Source: Chlorokybus atmophyticus | Lineage: Eukaryota; Plantae; Mesostigma and Chlorokybus algae | Direction of reading: 5' to 3' | Length of the DNA: 64,000 bases | Assembly: GCA_009103225.1 (NCBI GenBank) | Contig: RHPI01001116.1 | Coordinates: 317,380-381,379, forward strand | Part shown: positions 50,818 through 62,500 of the stretch, piece by piece | Numbering within the stretch: position 1 is the stretch's first letter | Layout: each line of letters opens with the position of its first letter | Made by a program: the position numbers and the translations under genes | The notes under the pieces: generated by a model | Told to the model about the DNA's origin: nothing | Seen by the model: only the letters and a program-made list of their open reading frames with translations | Database searches by the model: none

Positions 50818-53800
50818 CACTACTACTACTACTACTATTACCACTACTACCACTACCACTCTTCTCACGCACTACCCCAACCAGGCTGATCTCGACCGCC
50901 TCACCTCCGAGAACGACCGCCTCTCCCAGCAGCTCCTCCTGGCCTCCGACTCCCTGTCCCGTTCTGAGGAGCGGGCGCGGGCGGTGCGGGCGGCGTGGGA
51001 GGCGGAGGGGGCGGAGGCGGAGGAGGCGAGGGAGGGACTGGCGAGGGAGATGGGGAGGGTGGTGGGGGCGATGGAGGAGTACGAGACGAGGGAAAAGGTG
51101 GGGAATGTGCGATGAGGACTCACTCTGTCTTGTGTTACGTTGCAAGTCACATACGCGTGACCCCACTCTTAGACACACGCACACGCACACGCACGCGGGC
51201 ACGCACACGCGCACCTTCTCCGGCCAGCAGATGCAGTGTGTGTGTGTCCGTCTCACCCTCACGTGCACGCAGGCTTTGCAAGCTGAGGTGGCTATGCTGA
51301 AAGCCAAGCTGGTCGACTCCTCCTCGGCCAACAACGCCAACAACAGCAAGAGAGAAGACGACAACCACCACATCAATACCCACATCATCAACGACACTGA
51401 TAGCCACACCATCGCCAAGTCCTCCTTCTCGTGGGGCGACGTGGTCTCACTAGGCAAGGAGCTAAACTCCACCACCGCAACACCAAATGACACAAACACC
51501 ACCACAACAAACGCAACAACAACTCCAACAGCTCCAACAGTGGACACAAGAGGCAAGCTCCCTCAGCCCAGTCCAAGCGAGACCAGCGTCAGCAGCAGCA
51601 CCAGCAGCCGTCGTTTGACCAGCCACAACTACCACAACAACAGCACAACTCTTGGCGTGATCGGTCGCAACCCCGAGATCGAGGAGCTGGAGAAGGTCCT
51701 GCAGGAGGAGAAGTCGAGTCACGATAATACGCGAAGGGAGCTCGCGCTGTTGCGAAAGGGAATGCAGACGTTACAACAGCAGCAGATGCAGATGCAGAAG
51801 AGTGGAAGCAATGGCAGTCTGAGCAACCAGAACTCGCCTCGCGTAAGTGGACGTGTGCACGCGGCACAGCACAAGGAAGGATTTTGCAATTTGAGAAGTG
51901 TGTAACATGTGGGAGTGTGTGTCTGGCAGAAGAGCAAGAAAGAAAGCAAGCACACCGTTGCAGCCAGCGCTGCCATCGACATGTTTGAGATCGAGGAGTT
52001 TGAGAACAGCCCCCACAAGGTAACACTTATAACCATGTGGTTCTGTGTCAAGTTCGTCAACCACATACCAACATCAACTCACTGATACACTTGCCCCCCA
52101 ACAGAAAATGCACCGGTTCAACCCGTTTAAGCGTTCCAAGTCCGGTCGATCCAAGTCCGGCAAGAGCGGGCTTTCGGTTGTGGACACCCCTCTCTCGTTG
52201 GACGAGTCGTGGGAGGCAGCGAGGTGCGGAGGGCGTACTTGTGATTGTTGTTGTGTCGGTGTGTATCAGTTGGCAAAACGCATGTGTGAGCAGGAATGAG
52301 GAGCTGTCGCAGAGCACCACGGAGTACCGACACATCATCAACGTGCTGTCGCGCGAGTCGGAGGGACTACGCGCACAGCTGGCCATGACCGCCCGCCTCT
52401 TTGAACACGGTAACAGGATGAACTGGGTGTGCATATGTGCGCATGGGTGTGTTTGTGCTCGCGTGTGTGCATGTGCAAGCGCGCGCGCGTGCGCACACAC
52501 ACACACGCATGCGGCATGCATGTGTCATGATCAGTAAACAACACAGGTGCATGTGTGCGTGCGCATGCATATTTGCGTGCGTGTTGTTTTTTTCTAGCTT
52601 GTGTGCGCGAGCGTGCATGCTTGCACTTACACACGTACACACATATGCGGCATGCATGTTTCGTGGTTGATAAACAAAGGACGTCAAAGCCGACCAAACG
52701 CAACCTTGCATGTTGCTTGTTCCAATCCAACTCACTCTCCCTCCCCCCCTCCCACCAGTCCCCACCAAGACCCTCCTCGACCTCCTCCTCGTTGACGAAC
52801 TGGACGTCCGTCACGTGGCCGCCAAGGCGATCGCGAACCTGGCCGCCCAGGGCGAGTCGCGTCAGGCGGAGATCATCGCGCAGGGAGGGTTGAGGACCCT
52901 CATCGACGCCATCGAGACGAGCACCGACGAGACGACGCTGAGACTGGCGGTGGGAGCCGTGGCAAACCTCGCCATGGATAGTAAGGACAAGAAGGAGTTG
53001 GGTGATGTGTGTGGTGTGGATATGATGCAAGTTGGACTATGACACTGACACTTCCTCTCTTGCAGCTGCTAATCAGATGCTTGTTGTGGAGGCTGGAGGG
53101 TTGAGCGTGCTGGAAGAGGTGGGTGTGGGCGTGGGCGTATGTGTGCATGGGTGCATGTCTGCGGGCGACCGTGTGCATGTGTATATGTATGTGACGCTTG
53201 AAGTACTCAATCTGCTTTGCATGGCAGGTTTCAAAGGTCGCAACGGATCCGCAGACCCAGCGGATGGTTGCGGGGGCTATCGCCAACCTATGCGGCAACA
53301 GTAAGGGGCAGCGAAGTTGTCTCTTTGTGCAGTCAAACGACACAAACAGACACATGACACACACTTGCCGACAGATTCACTCAAGGGCGAGATAGCATCG
53401 TCGGGAGCGCTGGCGGCGCTGGTGGAGATGGCCAAGTCGGGCCACCCGGACGTGCAGGCCCAGGTGGCCCGCGCCCTCGCCAACTACGTTGTCCGCTGTG
53501 AGTGTGCGCATGTGCGAGTGTCCGTGCGTGACGGTGCGCGTGTTAGTATTCACACCATTCGTTCGTGTAACAGATGAGGCGAACGCTAGCTTCGTGGATA
53601 TGCCTGGTGGGTTGCAGTGTCTTGTGACGCTGGCGTGCTCGCACCACATCGCCGTACGCAAGCACGCCGGTCTCGCACTATATCAGCTCGCCCAGACAGG
53701 TAAGAAAAAGACAAATCCACACAAACACAACATGCCCTAACAACATTTAATAACACCAACTGTCCCACATGCGCAGAGTCCACGATTGCGCCGATCATGG

Positions 53801-54063
53801 CTGCGGGCGCAGTCAAGGCGCTGCTTGAGATGCGCCGCTGTGAGCGCGAGGACGTGCAGCGCCTCGCTATCAAGACCATTGCTGTCCTCGCCAAGAACGG
53901 TGCGCGTGTGTGATGTTATGTTGCATGTGTGACACACAACACTGACAAAAACTCACCTGGGCTGATGCGCAATGCAGAGGATGCGCGAAGCATGATCGAG
54001 CAGGAGTTGAACGGTGCGGCAACGGATGGAAGACGGGCACAGGACTTGCTGGTGGCAGCTTGA
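47877..54063 (+). CDS. ARK: Armadillo-repeat-containing kinesin (N-terminal motor, coiled coil, C-terminal ARM repeats)
   Basis: [10 protein letters not shown]; P-loop [10 protein letters not shown]; switch I NASSSRSH; switch [11 protein letters not shown]; [19 protein letters not shown]; coiled coils; ARM repeats [39 protein letters not shown]. Confidence 0.95.
49894..50012. repeat. (CACACT)n intronic minisatellite
   Basis: Direct reading, within an ARK intron. Confidence 0.9.
50776..50860. repeat. (TAC)n intronic microsatellite
   Basis: Direct reading, upstream of the acceptor near 50884. Confidence 0.9.
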
Positions 54064-54736
54064 GCTTTGCTGCTGCCATACACACGACCCAGTTGGGTAT
54101 ATTTATATAGCTATTACTGGTTTGGTGTGCGTGAGACATGTTGCAGACTGCCTTTGCTGCTGTTTGCTGTGTCACAATGAGGTTGGCGAGCTCCGTAGCC
54201 CTGGGATATTTCTGGTTTTGAGGAGGATGTTGCCTGACTGTGTGGCGGTGCAGTGGTGTTGTCCAGTAGGAAGATGGTGTTGGCTGTTGTGGTGGATGCA
54301 ACCGTTTGTCCAAGCGGTAGTCCATGCAGCCAGCAAACACGCTGCTGCTATTGCACACACGACGGCATTTATAACATGCAGTAGTACTCGTTGCTCTTGG
54401 ATGAGCCGACCGCAACCAATTTGCCACGGCAAGTCATTGGTCGCTGAAACCATGTCAACCATCGAGGAACATGTCAGCGTATACATGCACTCGTCGTATC
54501 AAAAGAACTTGTGACTTGACACTCTCAGACAGTATTGCCTGCTTGCACCTTGAAGGTGCAAGCAGGCAATATCTGCACAACAGAAATGCAAGTGGCACAA
54601 CAATAGAATTTATGGATACACCGCTACTGCGTTACTATCAGAGCCAACATGTGATGACCGCATACCGAGCTGAGTGCCTATGCACACAATATGCACCATC
54701 AATATAAGAGTCAATTACCCTTTTCGACTGCTAGTA

Positions 54737-57056
54737 CTACCTGTCCGACAACAAGCTCTCAGCCTCCTCCCTCAACTCCTCTCTCAACAAGCTCTCAGCC
54801 TCTCTTTGCGCCTGAAAGCAAAGTCGATCAATGCATACATACAAGTGGTGTAGCGCTGGCAAACATACAGGGGGTGGTCACTGTGTAATGGAATCTCATG
54901 CACATGTTTGCAGTACAACGCCAGCAAGCATAGATTATACCAGCAGGTTCTCGGTCAGCAAAGCCACAGCGTGTGTCAAGATCGGGGCGACCAGCGTTCC
55001 AGTTGAAATCCACTCCACCCCGTATATGAAGTGCAGAAGATATCTCTGTGTGATGCAATGCAAGGCAGTAAGCAACAAATCCTCAGCACATTGCTGCGGC
55101 AGACGGGGAGACACAGAGTTGTGAGAGTTACCTGAACATGCACGATGGAGTACTTGACGGGTTTAATAATCATCTCGCCCGTCTCCTTCTTGACCATCAC
55201 CTCCACTTTGGTAACGCGCTCCTGGCCTATCTACACACGCGCACAGTTGCTGGATACCGTTGACTGTACCCACATTATGTGCGGTACAGTTGTATAGCTA
55301 CCTGAATGCCACCATCAAAAGGTGAAATAATTAGCCCCAGCAACACCCAGACTAAGACAGCCTGCTGGGAAATGGACGGGGTCCATCCAAAGAGCTGAAA
55401 CCACCTGTATAGTTGCAGTTAGCCAACAACTTACACAGGCAACCGCTACCAGTTCACGCTTAGTTCTGAGCACACGCGGCCCCCATGTACACACATACAC
55501 ATGTTATATAAACACGCACACTTCGTAAACACGTACCGCACTGCAGTCACAGGAAGAAGGCCATCAAACCACCGGCAGATTGCCTCGGCAACTATCCTGC
55601 CAACAGACACAATGATGAGCCTCGCACTATAATGTTCGGGCTGAGTCTTGATTGGTCTCAACTCTGCGAGCCTTACCCTTGAAAGAAGAAGCGGTACATC
55701 AGCTCAGACCCCATGGCTCTAAGCAGGCTTGCAACTGTCAAAGTCACCGGCCCGTACAGTGCGACCATCAAACCCCGAGCGCTCTCCCGTACTCGCACAC
55801 GCTCCTGCATCAAGTCTGGGATAGCGTCCACAACAGGATCCTGCACACTCAGACGGTGTTTGTGATGTCACTACAGTGGTGCGCGCAAGGGCAGGAGCAC
55901 TTTATTCACGCACGTAGTACTTGAGTGCAGCTATGGAGACGGGCAGAATGCTCCAAACAGCGGCGGATGCCAAGTCTTGAGGCCCGCGCCAGTGCAGCTG
56001 ACCCAGCAAGTCTGCTCCAAGCACGGCTGCAATGCCACACTGAACACGCACAGGTGCAAAGGTGAGTACACTGGTTGACACATTTGTTACTGACTAGGAA
56101 GTTACTCAGCTTAGTATTGCATACCACAATAACGATGTCACCAATGTAGCTGGCAAATTCTGAGAGAATCTTGCGTTTGGCGAGCTCGTCAACGGCCTCC
56201 TCGGCCTTGTCGAAGACGTCCTGCGCGGCAGCCATCTTCTCCGCGTTCTCCACAAACTGGTACACTGGGTGGTCCGCTGGCAAGTTGTCCTCATCTGCTT
56301 GCGCCCTGAGATACTGAACACAACACACACGCATACGCACGCACGCACAATACCACGAGAGCTTGAGTCTACGCGCAAGATAGTTATTGAAATGTGTTTT
56401 AACTCGCTTGCTTGCTTGCATGCTTACCATGCGTGCTAAGCTGTACAAGCACATAAAAGCACGCATGATGCTTGTTGTATGTGACAGCTGTCGTTGCTTG
56501 ACTTGCATTCGCCAGAGAAAGTCCGTATGCGTGAAGCATATGCTGTACAGTGAGCTTCGGTGTGCAATGCGTGCGATGATGTTACGCTCACCGTAACCAA
56601 CTCATGGACTGCTGCTTGCTGCTCCTGTTGTTCTTTCGAGCTCTCATCGGATTTGTTGAAGCGCTTGAGCAACTCCTCATTGATAGAGACATCTACCTTC
56701 TGCTGCTGTTCTTCACTTGTTGCCGTCGTCCCAGGCTGCTCGTCCTCATTCTCCTCAGCCTGCTTGCTGCTGCCCTCGCCGTCGCCGTCTCTGCCATGGG
56801 CGCAGCGGACTCCAACTTCTTGTCGTCGCCGTCGTCGCCGTGGAGGACATTGCTGCGCCCATGCATGCGCAGGAGCACCGCAGCTGCTTGACAGCTTACT
56901 CCTGCTCACGCTTGTGCGAGACGACGACCAGGAGGAGGAGCAGGTGGCCTTCCTACAAGACGACGACGGCGATGGCGAGGGTGCCGACCACCACCACCAG
57001 CTGGACGCAGCCGTCGATCCAGCCACTGCCACCGCCGCCGACACCGCCACGGACAT
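54737..57056 (-). CDS. CPBP/Abi (CAAX-protease-like) plastid membrane protein, BCM1/2-like architecture
   Basis: Transit-peptide-like MSVAVSAAVAVAGS..RRRRRR; AMGSELMYRFFFQG (cf. VGEELFYRxAVQG); YGVEWISTGTLVAPILTHA (cf. LGFEWIQTNNILAPIITHG); some internal junctions uncertain. Confidence 0.6.
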
Positions 57057-57122
57057 GCTGACTGACACACTGCGACAAGCTTGAAACTGAGCTTAATGTG
57101 AAAGAGGTTGTTGCGAGCAAGC

Positions 57123-58509
57123 ATGGCGGCGGCGGTGGCGGTGGTGGGGGCGGCGGTGTCGTCCAGGAGTGCGTCTGTGAGCTGCGCCACGGTGGCGTTG
57201 TCGCCATGCTGCTCGGCGCAACGGACGCCGTCTTTGCCGGCAACAACTTCAGCGACCCGTAGAGCTTCTGGCAGGTGCTGCGGCAGCAGCAGCAGACAGC
57301 CGCTTCTTGGCCATGCTGCAGGATTGCCTTGTGCATGGCGAAGCAGCAGCAGAAGCACGCGCTGCCGCAGCCATAGTCGCAGCCGGCAAGCCACTGTTAT
57401 GATGGCTGAAGGCGCACCCTCGGATCAATCAGAGCAGGTCAGTGGTGGTTTGACTTGAGTCACAGCTGAAGTCAAGGGGATGCTGTTGTTTCACTCACAT
57501 CAGCAGCATACAGCTGCTTGTAGTTCGTGACCAGCAAGCAGCCCTTAAAGTCCTTTTTTTAAAGCAAGTATTGAAGCTTACCACGTTTGGGTAAGCTCCA
57601 AAGGTTTACACACAGCAAAAAGGGCATGTAACTCATAAAGTGAGTTGAATCTTAAGCGGTATGATGTATGTAAAGTTGGCTCGGTGCCAGAACAGTCCTT
57701 TTTCGTTTCTTGCTGTGTTGCTGCAGCTGGTTTGTGAAGCTTGGCGCTCGCACGCACGCATGTGTTTGTAGGCTCCGTCAGAGCTGCAAGCCAGTGCGTG
57801 CGCTGACTGGCTTGTTTGAGCGCAATGCAAACTGCTTCTTGTGCAGAAACCTGAGAAGCGGCCGCCTTTCGGTACGACAAGAGCAGACGTGTTGATCATA
57901 GGCGTTGGGGTCACGGTAGCCGGATTCGCCCTGAAAGCTGCCCTCCAGGTAAGGTTGCTCGCTAGCTAAGCGCTGTCATTGAATGTGTCATGTTGCACTG
58001 CAAGTGTAGTCGTCTCATGTCAGTGATGTAACGATCAGAAAGAAACAGAGTCAAGTTAATAGAAAGACCCAGTAGGATTTAATTGTACTTGAAAATCAGC
58101 TGGGAAACCAGAGCACACAATGTGTTAGTGTGAGCGTCCTGTATACGGTCCACCAAACAACAAGCAAACCAGCGAACGCACAACTGCAGGCAGTAGAAAT
58201 TGGATGTATGCCACAAACTTTGATCTGTATGAAAAGGTGGCAGGGGTGGACCAGTTTGTGGCGGGGAACATTGTGATGATTACGCTGGTTTTCGGGGGCG
58301 GAATTCTGTGGGCGTCGGGGTACGTAAATCGCGTGGCGAACAAGGACATGACGTATGTCAAGCAGCTGGAGGCGTACGAGGAGGCCGTCATTCAAAAGCG
58401 CCTTGAGGAGATCCCCGATGCCGAGCTCCAGCGCATTATGGACGAAATTGAGCAGGAGAAGAAGGCAAAGCAGGCCAAGCGAAGCAACCCGCCGCAGCAG
58501 AACCAATAG
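57123..58509 (+). CDS. DUF3007-family (cyanobacterial-type) small plastid membrane protein, 3 exons
   Basis: Ser/Arg/Ala-rich transit-peptide exon; TRADVLIIGVGVTVAG; W..GYVNRVANKDMTYVKQLEAYEEAVIQKRLEEIPDAELQRIMDEIEQEK. Confidence 0.85.
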
Positions 58510-59531
58510 AGGTTGTGAGGGGCCTGTGCGTTCTTGTTACATACATGGATGTGTAAATGCCGCGTTGAGTGTATACTTCCATAGTTGAACCAGGTCATGC
58601 AATATGGATAACTATGACACTGTTCTTTACCAAGGTCAGGACAGTGTGCAATATTCCTACAAATAGAGTGCAACCGTTGCACTGTCTGGCATGCGGATGA
58701 CCAACACGAAGCGCACGAGTAGCATGTTTATGTTGGGTGTTCTCCTCGTCTTTCGTAAGTTGGCAAGACTTGACCAGCAAGTGATAGCAGGTGATTGTCA
58801 CATTTGATGCGAGAATCAATTCACAACAAAAGGCATACATCGTGGTTGATATTGTGGAGGTCGTATACTTGGGCTCAGGATGTCACTGCATGATCTGCAT
58901 AGGTTCTGCAGGAAATATTGTGGAAAGAGTCTGAATTGCACGTGTCACATCAAGCAGCAGGCGCCTTGAATGTAAAGCTGCTCAAGCTGCTGAGGTTGCC
59001 TGCGGTGTCCAAGACATCCATAGTATGAGCGAAGTGACTGAAAAATTACACAACGGTAAGCTTTTGGTCCATGCTTGTCTCTCTCATGACTGATACAGCA
59101 AGCGTATAAAATAGGTATATGCTGCAGATGTATACAAGGAGTGGGCAAGTTGTGCATGTCAAGTCACACATGCCGTGTTCTCATGCAAACTAGCAGCAGC
59201 ACAACAACGCTGTGTTCATGCTTGCTACTCCAGTCATCAATGCATGAAGGAGAAACCTCTGCTGCGCAGACTACAGAAAGAGCAACCTTCACAGAGTTGC
59301 AATAAGTTGCTTCACAAAGAGCATCTCCCTAAAACAGCGACACGAAGCAAGCAGGCTGTATCTTCTGAATAACCCGGCTCGCAGCAATTCACACATTTTG
59401 ATAGTTGCCAGGCTTGCGGCAGCAAGTAAACAAACAGGGATATGCGCAAGAGAAAAATTTGACTGAACTGCCAGCAATGCGCTGGTCGCAAGTCAGCACT
59501 TATGTAACGCAAGCAAACACTGGTGATAAGT

Positions 59532-62500
59532 CTAGAGGCGTTCCAGCCGCCGAATGCCCAGCAGCTCAAAGCATTGCCGCATGACCATTGCCGTTGCTTC
59601 ACACAACAACAGTCTGCTGTCTTCCTCGTCACTGCCCAAAACCTGTTCACAAAGCAGCGTGGCAGTCAACACAAAACGTATACTCAAGCATCAGCCGGCT
59701 TTGTGTCAACCACAGGGCCTACCTTGCATTCGGTGTAAAACTCTGTAAAGGCGCCGGACACGTCGTATAGGTACTCACAAAGCTTGTGTGGGTGAAGCTC
59801 ATCAACAACCACCTTGACAACCTGCAAGCGCCATGGTCAGCTCGAGACGACGCATATTACTGACCACGCAGAGCCGGGATACAAACTGTGTGGATATGTA
59901 CCTCTGTAAATCGTATGAGCAGCATGGCCAATGCAACCTCGGACGGGGTCTTCAGCGCAATGGAGTTTTCCTGCATTGCATAGAAAATTTTGAAGCACAA
60001 CTTGCTTAGGGCTACCAGTTAATGTAAAACATACAGATGCATACCTCTTTCAACAAGGAAATATCACGCGGCGCTTTCCTAACAATGGACGCGATGCGGA
60101 CGTAAGCATACATCAAGTAGACAGCTGTGTTGCCCTGCCAATAAAAGTAGATCAGATAACACTGCAAACTCTGACACTCCTTACCACATGTTAGGCATTG
60201 CGCATGTATACCTTGAGGTCCAGCATACGGTCAAAGGAGAATGTATAGTTGGTTGTTCGGCTTTGGTGCAGATCCATGTACCTGCACGGACCTTGTCATG
60301 TAACCCATCAAACAGGATTTCATGTCTACAAACAGCAACCTTATCGTAGGCCACAGCTTACTTGACTGCACCATAACCGAGCGCTTCCGCAGCATCCTCC
60401 AACTCCTCCGGTGTGAGCTCCTTGTCCTTGCCTGTGCAAGGAATGGGTGTTCAACATTGTAGCAGAAGAGTTGCAATTGCAACCAAGACCAAGATCACAG
60501 TTGCAAGCATGAAGTTAGCATTGTAGGGTATGCAACCACCTCGCTCAATGAGTTGGTCCTTGCATCGCTTCTTGGCCTCATCAAGCAGGTCCACGAGGCG
60601 CACGACTTCTGTCGAGCGGGTGCGGAAGCGTTTGCCATCCTCGCCAAGGACCAACCCGAACCCAACATGATCTATGCGAACTCCTTCTTGTATCCAGCCG
60701 GCACGCTTTGCGGTCTGCAGTCACAGAGGTTATGTATGGTAACAGCCTCACAACCTGTTGGAATACAACATGTAAAACCGTTCAACACATGGGATAGAAG
60801 GGCAACTCACATCAAACACCATATCAAAGTGAGGCTTCTGCCCTACGTCCGTGACATAAACAACCCAGTTTGCCTTCTCCTCTTCCACGCGGTACCTGCA
60901 TAACACGCACATAAACCATCCTTTCAACCAACCTTCTGAGTTGCAAGCGAACTTATGCCGCCGCCAACGGCTTACTTTATGCATGCCAGATCCGTTGAAG
61001 CGTAGTTGAATCCGCCATCGGACTTCTGCACAATAAGAGGCACCTTACTGATTTTCGTGTTGAACACGCACAGAGCTCCTTCGCTGATCTCAGCCAGGCC
61101 TTTCTGCTTCAGCTCCTCAAGAACTGCTGGGATGTAAGGGTTGTAAAAGCTCTCACCCTGACACACGTGTGTATCATTAGTCACAAAACGTGTTTTATGA
61201 GATGCGCTATACGCAGGAGAGACAGAGACCTTACTTACAAGTCTCGTACCTTTTCTTCCAACTGGACATCCAAACGCATGTACAGCTGGTCGAACTCATT
61301 GCGGCTGACATCGCATATCCTCTTCCACGCCTCTCGAATGGCAGGCTCTCCACTCTGCACACACATGAATTGTGAATATGCATGTAACACCTGGGATTCA
61401 CAAGTTGTGAACAACAATACTTGACAATCGCCGCACAATCACTTAAACATCTATGAAACGCCTGTTCTCACAGTCTTTTGTAACGCCACTCTGATTGTTG
61501 TTATCACTGCATGACAGCGCTTCCAAACTGACTGCATGCAACTCACTTGCAACTTGACGACTGCCAGTTGCGCTCGTTTCCTAAATTCCTCATCAGCATC
61601 GAACTTGAGCTTTGAGGCTTTGTACAAGGCCTGTCATGTGCAAAGTGTTGTTGGAGAGCTGAATTGACGATCGACTGCTACCAGCTGTTGCCAATATCAT
61701 ACAATCTGCCGCACCATCAAGTCTCCAACAGCTGTTTCTGCTTCTTGTGAAAGGAAGTCTGGCGAGCGCTCGAACAGATATTCTATCAACATCCCAAACT
61801 GTGACCACGTAACAAAAATTAGATCATGTTTAAATGCTGCTGTTTATAGCAGTAGACTGCTTGCATAAGTGAATACTTGCCTGTGTTCCCCAATCGCCAA
61901 CATGATTACGTCGCAACACGTCAGCCCCGCAGAATTTCAACAATCGTGCCAAAGTCTCGCCCAAAATTGTGCTGAGAGCAATGAAAACAAAGCAATGAAA
62001 TGAGTCAAGAACTTCATGACTCTCAATGACAGATTGACAAGTGCACAACACCTTCGAAGATGGCCAACATGCATCTCCTTTGCAATGTTTGGAGAGGAGA
62101 AGTCCACCAAACAGCGAGAATAGTTGATCTTTGGCGCCCATGCCTGAACACCTTGCCGGACCATCTGCATGACATATTCTGCTACCCACTGCTTCGACAC
62201 AGTGACATTGATGAAGCCCGCGCCTGCACACATTGTGTTTCCCTTATGTAACTTACAACGCATTGTGTTTGCATTTGTTGTGCGCCAAGGGTTGCAAGCT
62301 ATGCCTGCAACTGCTGCGGGCTCCGTGATCAGTGCATGATGCTAGTCGGTCACAACCATCTGTGCAAGTCAGTGTAACACGTTGGGCACGAACACTGTAC
62401 CTGCAATGGAGGTCTTTTCAATCATCTTAGACTCCGGAAGCGCATCAAGAATCGCCTTAGCAACTACCTGCAACAGAGCGAACCAGATTAAAATGCGGTG

